DNA from: Catajapyx aquilonaris
Lineage: Eukaryota
Assembly (NCBI GenBank): GCA_000934665.2
Contig: JYFJ02004424.1
Location: forward strand, 1 to 32,263
DNA length: 32,263 nt
Reading direction: 5' to 3'
Shown: positions 1 through 12,014 of the stretch, piece after piece
How the letters are laid out: each line of letters opens with the position of its first letter
Position numbering within the stretch: position 1 is the first letter of the stretch
Position numbers and translations under genes: made by a program
The notes under the pieces: model-generated
Seen by the model: only the letters and a program-made list of their open reading frames with translations
Told to the model about the DNA's origin: nothing
Databases searched by the model: none

Positions 1-704
1 TAATCCGGGGCGACACTTGATTCAAACGCGCGTCTATGGTGCACGGCCTTCAAGGCCACACCAGACTTATATTCCTTCAATATTTCCAGAAGCGTCTGTT
101 ATCTGCACCTCGACCTCGTCTTGTCCCCCCCTCTCATGCTCCCTCCCACCCGTCTCCCCCTTAAACCATCACGTGACTCAGCCAGGCAAGAGTAAGGTGA
201 GGTAAGCAAGCAAGGTTAAGGTTATCCTGGCCAGACTGTAACCCGCACGGCGGGACAATTCTTTATTCACTGATGATACACTCTGCCAACCGAGATAGCT
301 CCTTCCCAAAACTCTGTCATATAGTTCCCTGAAGCAGACAGTTCTCGACTATACCTTCACGCCGTCTACACCTCCCCTGTCCCCGGTAGCACACCTTTCC
401 AAACCAAGTCGTCATTATATCACTGAAGACAAAACTAAAATGGTAGCCACATTCCAAGAATTTTCGGTCCGCCCCCATTTCCGCACATTTCAAGAACAGA
501 TAGGAAATCTTGCTACTTTAAACAAAGCTTATTACACAGCCATTTCCCGCCAATAATTTAGTCACCTCCCATGGAAATTACGTTGCTATAGGCGTTGTCA
601 GGTGATTGCCTATGGTGTTCTCCAATCTACTCATCACAAAATTGGTAGCGTCTCAATGGACCTAGATTTTGCTTTTATACGACGGCGCTTGCTCTGTTAC
701 GTTT

Positions 705-950
705 ATGACCCATGCGCTTGACGAAGCGTATATAAAAATATGATGATACCAGAAGTCCGTGGCGGGAATCTTTCTCTCACAAGTGCATGTGAATAAATCA
801 TAGCCATCGGAGAAGATGGGGATGAGTCTGAGTCTCAGTGCATGCATGTTAACGTTTCAGTCAGACTGGATTAATCTTGAGAATTACCCACACACCCGGT
901 CCCTTCCACTGAAAAGACCAGGGTCAGGTGTAAACCAAGATGGCTGGTTT
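705..950 (+). mobile_element. Possible highly decayed non-LTR reverse transcriptase fragment
   Basis: One frame with stops reads KSVAGIFL...SEKMGM...DWI..NY..TR...SGVNQ, colinear with the RT pattern V.GIFLD...KL...G...W..SYL..R...GVPQG. The catalytic residues are not recognisable. Confidence 0.25.
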
Positions 951-3900
951 TGAAGGGTTCCCGGATGGCATCTTCCGAAAATGGCTTCCCGGACTCCTTG
1001 GAAAAAGAGTACCCCCTCCCTCCTGCCTCACTCTCAAGATAGTAGCTGGGGGCGTATTTTCACACGAATGACACTATTCGAGAAAACGGGCTTCCAGGAA
1101 CAATGGGGATCTCCCTGGGGCACCAACCCAAACGACCTGACATGTGTTTGATATCTACAGGATTCATCCCAACAGGTAAGGTTCTTGACATCAGTCCCAC
1201 ACCTTGAAGTGGTGGTGGGAGCTTGCGTTTCTACCGTGACTCCAAGAGCTATACCGGCGGTAGTTTCGTCTACTAGCAGCGGACAGGTATTTTTTCGCTT
1301 CGTTTCTCTCTCCATCTGTCGCACCTTTTGTGTCTTCTTATAGCCATTGGCTCCTTCCAAATAAACCTTAACCAAACCTTGACATCAGTCAGTTTGTGCA
1401 TGAAATTAAGCCGTGTTATAATACATACAGATGATAAACACAACAAACTGAGTGTGAACCCTAGCTCCAAGCAGAGAATGTCCGCTCTCCACCAGCAGCA
1501 TGTGGCCTCCCGTCATCTGCATTAAACATGAGTTGACATTGCTACCCTACACTTTCCACTTGAAAGGAATTACCTTGGAGAGCCACCACCGGACACCTGC
1601 CCAGCTTGAAACTTTGCATCCCACATTATGCTCAGCTTTCTGATATGAAAATCCCGCATTTCTCGTGTCCTGCATATCGATTGTCCTCCAGATCCGAAAG
1701 AAATGCAGAGGGAAGGATTGACCCCATCATTAGGCGCCAACACCCGCGACTAATTTTCAGGAACTGCTTGGCAGGTAATGGCACGTACGTTACCTCTTTA
1801 TTCATGCAGCGCAGTGTTGGAAATGTGACTTAGCCTAGGGGGCTCCCCCTCTACTTTAAGCCCCCACGGAGGAGAGGGAGGGCAGGGGGTAGGCGGCAGC
1901 GGGCAGAAATTCGATCTAACGGTGGCATAAATCAGCAGCCGGACCTTAATCATACCCCGAGTGGACCTTCAGAGCCTCCATGAGAAGCTCGACAATAAGT
2001 AATTTACACACTAATGGCCCATTCAGCATTCAGAATACCGGCAATAAATCGGACCAATGTTCGTAAATCTTTCGGGTACGTCTTTTTTCACCTCGGCTCC
2101 GATGCACTGACAAATAGTCGGGATTCACGACATTTTGTGGGGGAATTTTTAGGACGTGGCCATCTTTCTTATGGTTGCCCCACGCGCTCGCCAGGTAGCG
2201 GTTGAGTGGCGCCATTTTAAATAGAATTTTAAGAACGTTAATCGTTATCGCCCAATGTCCAATCTTTTTTTTTTTGGGGGGGGGGGNGGGCAGAATGCTC
2301 TATAATTCCGCTTTATCCGATGAATGATGGATGGTGTCATGATTCTGCCAGTATCATCTCACGTTACAAGCCAGCCCCCGGATGTTGTCATTGTTTCATT
2401 GATCCTCACAATGGAGAGCTGCAGTTTCATCCACTGGACGGCATGTCCGTAATTCTTTTAGCCTGCAGGGCAATTTTCCCCCACTGCCGTTTTATCGGTT
2501 TAATATAAAAGGAGAAAACGTTGCCGAGTTGCGCAGTTGGTGTATCTGGCTGTGAATGCTATTACTGCATCCATGCATGGCTGGGGACCTCTTTCGTTTC
2601 TCATATTTTTCTTGCAATGTTTTTTTTGGAGGAAATATTTGTACCTGCAAATACTCGCAGTGGGGTTATTTGGCGTTTTCATATGCAATTTGTGAGGGAA
2701 CAAATGATTCCAGTTTGGAATTAGTTGTTATGCTAAATTATGCAAATTTTAGTCATGCAAAATAGTGTACACATGCCACCTCGACTTCAAATATTCGGAT
2801 ATGTGACTGATGGCATGGTATTACAGAGGCACTTCATTTTGATATTAATACGGCCTTATGCATACATTCTGTGCAGCATTGATTATTACAGAGTGTGTGC
2901 CTTTATGTTAGTAAATTTTTACTTTACCTCATTTTACTGCAATATCATTCTAGTGCAGTATACCGACTACTCTAAATTTCATCGAACCCGATGAAGTGGC
3001 ACATGCATGAGAGCGCATGAATGAAGCATGTATGGTACTGGCTAAGTAAAGTTTCATGTGCCACGTATACATTATTTTTAGGCTCATGCTCAATTCATGG
3101 CCCACCGGTAGGACTATATTGCCAAAGCCAGTGTTTAATTTGAAAACAATGTGCCTTGGCGTCGTTATTAAATTCCAGAGAAAAAGCGTAACAAGTTTTT
3201 TTGTTACCCTCTCCAAAAAAAACCTAGTTTGCTAATAATAATATTTTAACCAAACTGCTATAGAAACTGAATATTCAATTTCCAATCAACAGCAGAAAAA
3301 GTATATAATGGTAGCTGACTTGAACCTGATTACAGTTCAAGCATATCCCATTGACGACTGTCACTGCTGGCAAACGTTGATCCATTTTAGCATCCCCACC
3401 TGTGGCTCAATAACCCCCCCTCACCCTCCCCCCCAAAAAAGTTCGCCATTCACCTGACAAGTAAGCGAAAGAGAGCAAAAAGTGGGCCATGTCAGGCTCA
3501 TTTTTTGTGAGTGCTTTACAGCAAGCGCATCCTTCCGCACGGGTGCTTCCCAGGTATAAACAAGAGACAATCAGGTTATGCTACACCTGATGAAACCAAT
3601 ACAGCTGGTCCAACGCACCCCCTGCCATTCACCAGCCCATAATCCCACAAACAGGAGCAGCGTTCAAGTCAGCAAAAGCGCACCATGCGGCCAACTCCGG
3701 AACTACACCAAAAAAACCGCCTTTGTCCATGAAAGGCCGAATTTCCGCCATATTAACACAAAGTAGTCCCCTCAGTTTTGTGGGGATAGCCCCAATATAT
3801 AAGGTCATGATCACCCCGGCATACCACGAGGGTTGGAAGGGAATTGAAGGGGAATGGAATTTTCACATGTGATCCAGTATTAAGGGAGGGGGTGGGGGGG

Positions 3901-4406
3901 GGGGGTTAATATGTGGCAACTTTGTGCTGCACGCGCTGCTGGCTTTGGGCTCTTGTGCTGGGCCTGGTTGGCCAATTTGCACTGAAGTGGCATTCTACTC
4001 TTGCCGAAAGGTTCAGTTTTGTAGCGGCAAAGAGAGGGCGTGATTGATGTAGTGTTGTGAAAAATATAATTGAAAAACAATGATGGACATTAACTTCAGG
4101 ATCAGTGGATGGCGAAATATTTGACTCGGGGGCTTTTAAATATGGAGAGGGATGTGAAACACGCACTCTGAAAATGCTCTTAATTTGCTCACACGAGTTC
4201 ACTACTCGTAATTTCAGCATTATATCGTCATTATGCTGTGAACAATCAAAACGCAATCATAATTCATGATAGTAGCAGCTATACTGCGGCAGAAATACGA
4301 CAGGTATTTTATAAATTTAAAGTTTGTCAGTAATGGGCAAACTTGTGGCAATCTATATTATTAATACCCTACTGCCTACTGTGATGGCGATTCCTCCCGC
4401 TGTGTA

Positions 4407-4567
4407 CAGTGTTGGTCATAAATCGAGGCAACTGCCAGCGACATTTTCCGAAGCGGCAGAAGAAGGAATCTTGCTAGCCCGGCTTGTAAGTATGCTTATC
4501 TTCGATTCCTTCTTCTGCCGCTTCGGAAAATGTCGCTGGAAGTTGCCTCTATTTATGACCAACACTG
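4407..4567. mobile_element. Tc1/mariner-type MITE, 161 bp
   Basis: 64-bp terminal inverted repeats (4407-4470 and 4504-4567, 2 mismatches) start with CAGTGTTGG and are flanked by TA on both sides (4405-4406, 4568-4569). Confidence 0.9.
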
Positions 4568-4814
4568 TACTGCCTACAACACTGGGAGTAATTTCAAAAT
4601 TTAGCCCGCGTTTTCCGTATGTGTAATAAACTTTTGTTTTTTGGAAATAGTGTCCAGGGAATTTATAAAACGCAAAAAACGCCGACCGCCTTAAAGCCAC
4701 CACGACCTTTCCACAGAGTTCCTATAAACGCCGTTCCGGCCGCCGGGCGCCACGTCCAGGGTGGCGACTCGCTTACTTCGGTAATTCGCCGTCGGATGTC
4801 GCTGCCTGGTCAGC

Positions 4815-4815
<1 letters not shown>

Positions 4816-4855
<40 letters not shown>
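4816..4855. repeat. (TC)20 microsatellite
   Basis: Read directly from the sequence. It accounts for the SLSLSL/ERERER runs in overlapping ORFs. Confidence 0.95.
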
Positions 4856-4857
<2 letters not shown>

Positions 4858-4924
4858 CTTTTGTAATTTTGCCAAATTTTTTGCCAAATTTTGGCAAGTT
4901 GGTGCCTACTAAGATAAAAGAGGA

Positions 4925-5105
4925 GTCGTATTTCACAGACTCATATGAATTCCTGTCCATTCCTGACTCGCCGTTTAAACTCTCCTGTTCAAGGGATTGA
5001 CATCTGTTAAACAAAACCTGCGACAGATCACAAATTACTGTTGCAGATTTTCTAACTAGTACTCGCCTCACGTTCCACTCCACAAGCACCAATTTGTTAA
5101 TTGAC
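4925..5105 (-). mobile_element. Decayed LINE (RTE-like) apurinic endonuclease N-terminus
   Basis: KLVLVEWNVRRVLVRKSATVICDLSQ...EQESLNGESG resembles APE motif I (WNVR) followed by the RTE pattern R.ALVA.EL...ETRL.GEG at plausible spacing. Confidence 0.4.
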
Positions 5106-6060
5106 AATTCTGGCAAAATAGTCCCCTGACGACTTTAGAATGCTGTTTCCGTCTCTTCCCGTAAACCAAACCCAAAACCCAATTCTATCACCGCACAGCA
5201 TCACACCTTTCATCAAGAAGCAACGACGAATAAAATTGTCATCCAATTATGTCTATCTCACACTTACACCTCTCTTTTGACACCCCCTCCCTTCCAAATA
5301 TCCTTGTCAGGCCGTTTTGGTCAAGCGAATGCAAACCCTCGCCACCTGCTACCTTGTCCTGTTCAAACAGGCCGTTCCTCCTATTGTTTGCTTTGGATCC
5401 CAGTTAACAAGAGGTCAGAGCAACCACCCGCAGACTCGGATAAACGTAGAGAGGCTCTCGAGGTGTTTCAGAAAAAGGAAAAGGAGAAGGAGAAGGGGGG
5501 AAAAAAGCAAAGAAAGAAGAGGAAAGTGAAGGCGAGACCTTTGGGAGTTTCCCAGACACTTTACGTCGTCTGAACTTTACTCATTTCCTAGACATATTCC
5601 TCAACTAATACATTAGAAAGTAGGGGAGGGGCTCAAATTCGCACAGCAAAAATTCTTCTTCCCCCTACTGCAACCATAATTACCGAGCCAACCTCAACAA
5701 AAGTCGTGTTGGCATGAAACCCTGAAGTCATTAAAAGTTGTTGAAAAAGGTCTCATGCAACCATCAATCTCGTGCCCGATGGGGAAAATTCCGCTGTTTC
5801 CTACAATATTTCTTGGAACGAGTGCAAGATGGTTTCTCTCTTCCGAGTAAAACGAGCCTCGATCAGCTGTTTGGTAGCACGCGACACACTGTACAAAACC
5901 AGATTGTTTTATTATATTGGTTCCAGTCATTAATTCATTACAGAAGCCTGTTTACTGGTACTTGATATTAATGCATTAATCAACCTCCGCCAGAATGCAG
6001 AGGGTCAATTAGTTGTCAGTTAATGTTCATGTCAGCCCAGGTGTTTCTGCTAGCATCACG

Positions 6061-6133
6061 AGATGGTGCTTGCATCGACTTCAGATGGCGCCTGCATCGA
6101 CTTCAGATGTCGCTTACATCGACTCCAGATGTC
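6061..6133. repeat. 22-bp minisatellite, ~3.3 copies
   Basis: AGATGGTGCTTGCATCGACTTC / AGATGGCGCCTGCATCGACTTC / AGATGTCGCTTACATCGACTCC / AGATGTC. Confidence 0.9.
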
Positions 6134-8708
6134 AGCACAAGAGTGTCAAGAGTTGGGAGATGGCAACACTATAGTATTGATAGTGTGGGAGGAAATTTGG
6201 ATTCCAACCCATGAATCAGACAGTGGTTAAACTAATTGGTCCTCGCATTATATGCACAATGTGGTTATGGTGATCACAATCACTGGAAGCGCCATTGGCT
6301 TTGTTCAGAAACAGCGTGGCAACACCCATCCTCGTATTTGGTCTGGATCTGTTTCCAATTTCCGCCAGCTATCCATTCCATTGATTCTCTTCGACCAGTC
6401 ACTTCCATCTGGCGGAAAGATGCAGTTGGCAACGTAATTATCATATCGAGTCCTCCCCACCACTCCATACCCCACCCAGCCCACCCAGCCAGCACCCACG
6501 ATTCCATCACGGCCAATTGAGCAAAAGCCCGGTAATAACTTCACATCACTCGACTCTCCCCACCGCTTCATATTATTTTATATCGCTCAATCTACTTCCT
6601 AATCAGCACGCAACGGCCAAAGAAAAGAGAAATAAAAGACAGGTTTGCAGCGCCAGCGCGCAGGATATGAAATGTTTAACAGGTCTCAATTACAGCATTT
6701 GATTAGCTTTGCTCCAATTTTATTGCACAGCATCAGCCACCGGTGTGTTATTAACGTTGGATAGAAGGCTATGTTAGGCGGTTTTCCCTTATGGAAAAAT
6801 CGATGTCGAAACACCCCCACCCACCCAAACCTGATCGATACGGCTATTGGCCTCCCTCCCTATAAATTTGCAGCCCATGATTGCTAGTCAAGTCTTAGGC
6901 GTTGTCTACGAAAGTGGCCTGACAGAAACCCTTGAAGAAACATCTAGTCCTCTATCTCTATAGCAGGGTTTGCTATTCTTCTTACCATCCCAGTGCAAGC
7001 AGTGGAACCCTATACCCAGAGCAAAAATACGCTTTCAAATATTCAGTCCTGCACTGGGGGAAGCGTCAGCCTTTCCGATGCAGATTTCCATCAATCCTTT
7101 CCTCACAAACACACCGAATTATTGGTCACGTATCGATTATGAGGTTGGGGAGACGTGGTTCTGAAGGGAGTTGAAGGATTACGATCAGTCGATACCCGTG
7201 ACATCTGGGATGCATGTTACTTTCATTTCCCATTGCTTAATCTGCTGTAGACTACTTCTATCAGGCCCTAATAGCGTCTTACTAACAAATATGGCCGCCG
7301 AATTCGAAAAAACGATTCAAGTACACATACGTAAAATAGGTCGCGTCTCTCATGATTTCAGGAGTCTATGCTATTGACCAGCATCTAGGAAGAGCGAAGT
7401 AGGTAGACTAGAGAAAAAAAGAAGAAGAAGAAAAAAGAAGGAAACGAGCGGTCCTGGGAGGAAAGGTATTGCTTCCTCTTTGGCTTTTGTCCCCGGTAAA
7501 AGCCTCGCTGGCTGAGGCTTCTGCTGCCATTCACCAGGTCCCCGAAGTGGTGGTCCAGCTGCCTTTGCTCCATCCTTTTCTTTTCCCCGGAGGTTTCCCA
7601 AGCCTGCATCGAGATGGCTTCTCCGTGATGTGCGGAGATAGACATGATCACTACGACCCTCTTTTACCTATGAGATTTCCGCCAAGAGCTCTTACAATGC
7701 AACCAATTTCATCCGTCTATTCCATTTTCGATGCTGCATATGTGCACTGGAAATCGCGCATATGCATGTATGAGTCGCAATTGGGTTTTTTATTCACCTT
7801 GTTTATTAGTAATGCTGTTTGAGTCAATCGAGAGAACTTTGACAATAATTTAAACCCACGCCACGTGTAGAATACAATAATGTTAGTGGTTATTAATGGC
7901 ATCAATATCTCTTCATGTGACTCAGTATCCGAACCTGCCAAAGTGTGGCACGCGAATTTATGAGCGCCATGCATTAATTATTACGCGAGAGAGCTAATAA
8001 ATGTATTGTATGTTAATGAATGCTACTATTAATATATATTGGAAACACATAATCATAATTCCATTAATAAAATTAATGCCGGTGCAAGTTTGAAAATGCC
8101 AAACTAGTTTTAACATGTACCGCAAAAAAATTAATTGACTTTAATTTTTACGCATTGTAATGCATTGTTTTGATCTACTAATTACCGCAACCGGCATTGT
8201 TACTGTATGCGGTTAATTGGTATGTCGGAAGCGATAAAAGGGCTTATACGTGACGTCATTTTGTTAATGGCAAAAGTTTGACGTGCAGTCCACTCGGTAA
8301 TTTTACAATCATTGCGGACAGAAGCAACTAAAAAATTCCCACGAGATGGCGCTAGACAAATAATAGTCCTTTCTATTTTACAGAGTAGTACTGTTTTGTC
8401 ATTTCCAAGGGATTACTACTTGTAGGTACAATAATTAAGTTAGAACTGTAACTTGGCGCATCCAATAGTCAAACAGCCGAGAGTTGAGCAGTGTTGTCAG
8501 TACAAGTGGCTCCAGCTATATTTCTGTGTTTCTCTTCCACTTTTCCGGTAGTTACCCTCAGGATCCTCATTACCCACGTCATGCGTGTAACATGCTTTGT
8601 TTTCCCTTTAATCCGAAGCTGAGTTGGTGGTGGTGAGAAGCTCCACCCCACTTCTCTTACCCCCTTATTACAATAGCTCATGCTGTGCAATTTTGCTGCA
8701 TAACCCCT

Positions 8709-8812
8709 GGAGGTGTGTATGTGCATAACAGGGATGGTGGGAGGAAGGGGAGAGGGGGGGNGGAGGTGTGTATGTGCATAACAGGGATGGTGGGAGGAAG
8801 GGGAGGGGGGGG
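8709..8812. repeat. ~53-bp tandem duplication, G-rich
   Basis: GGAGGTGTGTATGTGCATAACAGGGATGGTGGGAGGAAGGGGAG-G(n) occurs twice, starting at 8709 and 8762. An N lies at the junction. Confidence 0.85.
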
Positions 8813-9737
8813 GATTGTTCATAAGACGATCAGTTTGTTTCAAATCTGTGCTTTTGCGCCGGATTCCTGAAACTCCCTGGCCCGAATAAAAGCGCTGCTC
8901 TAAGTTAGATTACAAGCTGCTAATTAGCGCGGCAACGCAATTTGCTGCGGCAGGCTCTTGCAACGCAGTCAATTTCCCCCACTTGTTATTACCATGTGAC
9001 GTCACTGTTAGCCTGCTGGAATTTCTAATAGGACTTTTTTTTGTACTGCCCTTGTGTCTAGCGGAATTGGAACTGTAAGTGGTGGCCTGATAAAGCGATT
9101 TTCCGCTAACTAAGGAGCGTATGACATGGCGGCCACGTTGGGTCTAGACCTCGGCTCGCAATCGGAAGACATGGGACAGATGTTAAATTTTGGGGTTGGT
9201 CGTCCAGAGGACTTTATAGTTCCATAAAGTATCCGACGCTTGTTCTGTCCTACTTGTAACAACCTGATAAGGCAACCGATATTGCTGCTCTGGGCTGGAA
9301 AAGGACACACCAATTTCCTCCAGTCTCGGGAAGGAACATTTTTGGCATGTCAAGTGAGACATCTACCGGAGGCGTCGCCATACTAAACAGTCGGCTATAT
9401 TCCCCGAGTACGGCTCCCGAGACCCCGGCCAAACTTTCGAGGGAGGGAAAATTCCACTGCATCTAAACTAAGTTCATATTTAATGAACAGATGAAATTCT
9501 TCGCCTTCTCTCTCCTAGACCCAGACCACTTCTTGAGGGGAAACGCTAAGTTCAACTGCGTCCTTGGCTGAATATCGAATTCTTACAGTCTCGGTGCCAC
9601 TGCAACAGTTCTGCGCGTTAATAATGGATGCCAACTTGTGCTTACTCACGTTATCTGCTTGCCATAAAAACTCTTCTACTAAAATGTTCACTAACTTAAT
9701 GCTGGATAGGTTCAGAATATGAGGCAGTCCGCCCCCA

Positions 9738-10300
9738 GTAACAACACCTTATACTGTACAGGGTATTCTTACCAGTGAAAGTTCCTCCAATGTGAACATG
9801 GTTGCCTAGGGAGCAGGATTATCAGTGTATGATACAGGCACGGACTAGATATCTAAGGACTGACCACTCTCCCTCTTATTGCGTTGGAAGGCTAACGGGG
9901 TGGTTATGCGCTCCGGAGTCACAGGCGGCGATGATCATGTCCCAGAATATACTATACTCTATGGCACATACCTGTGGCGCTCCTACCGGGGTCTATGCAA
10001 TGAGGTAGAAGAGAATCAGTGAGAGAAGCCAGTTTTGCATAGGGCCCCAGTAGGAGCGCCACAGGTATAGATTATAATAATTATATAATCTGAGCCCTGA
10101 TCAGCGCCGCATGTGGCTCCGGAGCGCATAACCACCCCGTTAGCCTCCCAACGCGTAAGAGGGAGAGTGGCCAGTCCTTAAATATCTAGTCCGTGCCTGT
10201 ATCATACACTGATAATCCTGCTCCCTAGGCAACCATGTTCACATGGGAGGAACTTCAACTAACTTAGTAAGAATATCCTGTACAGTATAAGTGTCGTTAC
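9738..10300. mobile_element. Long palindromic (foldback/MITE-like) element, ~560 bp
   Basis: The left arm 9738-10000 is the reverse complement of the right arm 10035-10300, with scattered substitutions and one poorly matching AT-rich patch, around a 34-nt spacer. A degenerate extra copy of part of the right arm lies at 10303-10404. Confidence 0.85.
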
Positions 10301-11489
10301 CACTGGCCAGTCCTTATTATTACTAGTCCGTGGATACAGGTTACTGTGCATAAGGCGACTTTTCATCCACACAGTATCACCGTATCCTGCTTCCTAGGCA
10401 ACCGCTGCATATTCACAGACTATTCGGCTTGCCTTTGACTAAAACTCTATTTGAAACATGAATAAAAAGCAAATTTAAAAATAAAATAATATTGTTGCTC
10501 CTATGCCATATTATTTGTAAAAACCACTTGCCCCTAATAATATGACTTGAACTGTTTAAAATAGTTTCAAAAGGGTAATTGTGATGATAAAAATCTGGGC
10601 ATGCCTCAATGTAATAGTGTTTCCAGACTTTCAATAACAGCAACCACCAATTATTTCCCCCTTTGAATTTAAATGTGAGTGCAGACAAGAGAAAAGAAGG
10701 TTGGCAGGCACGCCTGGGTCCTGGGTTCGGGGCATCGATTGCACGCTCTGGCAGTGAACCGTGAAGGAATATTGTGACGGCAGGACAGGTGATGTCCAAA
10801 AAAATAATAATAATAATGGGGGTCCAGGGGGGAGAGTCAGGCATTGTTCGTCGGCCACACGGCCCCTTCATAAAGAACACTGGTTTCATTAGCTGATAAT
10901 AACCCGGCGTGTGCGCAGCCCTGGCCTGCCGGACATTAAAAGAGATTATTGGGCGCCGCCGGAGATGGGATGCTGGGACAAGCCCCTGACACTGATCCGG
11001 CCGGCCGCTGTCCAGTTAAAGGGGGCCTGAGCTTATCGCCCCGGGGCAGACCAGCACTGGGAGCCCGATAAACACGGGCCTTCCGCTCTGGGTTTACTAA
11101 CTTGAAGGAAGTACGTGCCCCTACTGCATATTGTGCCGCCTACCGGTCGCCCACATTAAAAATACAGGAAATCAGGAGGGGAAATAATTAACAATCAAAC
11201 ACGCGGAAGTCCTCCAATATGATCAAACTTTCATTCAGATCCAATATGGCGGCGTTTCAGAAAGCATTAAATTCTAAGCACCTACGTAGTTGTCCGAATC
11301 TGCCCGAACATGCTCGAACCTGCTGTGACCCTGCCAACTGCCGCCTAGGGAGCGCTCCCCACACATGTCGATTAGCCATCTGTTGGTCCACCTAGGCCTT
11401 TGTCCCTCATCTCAATTGTGGATAATCGACGTGCTGTAGGGGTGCTATTGGGGGGTGTAGACGGGAGGCAATGTTTGGCCCTCATATCC

Positions 11490-11700
11490 TACTGACACGG
11501 TCACTGACACTCATTTTGAGATGCAAACCGGCCGGGCTCGACAGACAAATGGGGTTTGCTCAGAACAGGTCGGCTTTTGTCGAGCTCCGCAGCTGCCTCT
11601 GCGAGGGACAAGTTCGTGATGAATGAATCAGAGTCAACTTGGTGCTGATATACAGCATGCTGGTATCCTTGCACACTCAACACCCTTCCACGCCAATGGA
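11490..11700 (-). pseudogene. Decayed histone H2B-like fragment
   Basis: Colinear motifs on the minus strand: RVL 11686-11678 (~KVL), ISTK 11649-11638 in another frame (~ISSK), DSFITNL 11629-11609 (~NSFVNDI), LAEAAAEL 11605-11582 (~IAAEASRL) and PGRFA 11536-11522 (~PGELA). It has many small deletions. An H2A-type reading also fits partly, so the subtype is uncertain. Confidence 0.5.
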
Positions 11701-11786
11701 CCAACACTAGATTACTATATGTGAGCCTCCCAGCTTTTTTTTCCGGCCCCTCTATTATTCATTTTTTTGCTGCCGACAAGGAACTC

Positions 11787-12014
11787 AAACTCGTGCGTCT
11801 TGCGGCTATCAGAGACTGACGTTACGTGATTTATGGCCGCGACAAACGATGCAGCAGCTTTTGGCACTTGCTGAACGCAACATGGTGCCCGTGACACGGA
11901 AAGATATTCAGACTGTCCGTTTCATATTGCACCAAGATGCAGAATGTAGTCCACGTGACTACTTTTATGATGGATCACCATGTTATCACATATGTACACA
12001 TTCTGCCCAACATT
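11787..12014 (+). pseudogene. Decayed histone H2A-like fragment
   Basis: Colinear motifs across frameshifts: KLVR/GYQRL (~RLLR..NYAERV), FMAA 11830-11841 (~YLAA), QLLALA 11855-11872 (~EVLELA), ILHQDAE with D at 11936 (~AIRNDEE) and ILPNI 12000-12014 (~VLPNI). The segment VTRKDIQTVRFIL also resembles H2B ITSREIQTAVRLLL. Confidence 0.55.

Noticed and set aside
1161..1774. Plus-strand microexon candidates (cag|GATTCATCCCAACAG|gtaagg at 1161-1175; ttttcag|GAACTGCTTGGCAG|gtaatg at 1761-1774)
   Set aside because: They are antisense to the only supported gene and have no host transcript; such site pairs occur by chance.
5700..5900. Harbinger transposase-like FP..IDG motif on the minus strand
   Set aside because: Too few matches, and the spacing to the helix-turn-helix-like segment is too short.
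11382..11402. Histone 3' stem-loop after the minus-strand histone-like fragment (AAAGGCCTAGGTGGACCAAC)
   Set aside because: The stem and T-rich loop do not fit the 16-nt consensus, so it is not usable as support.
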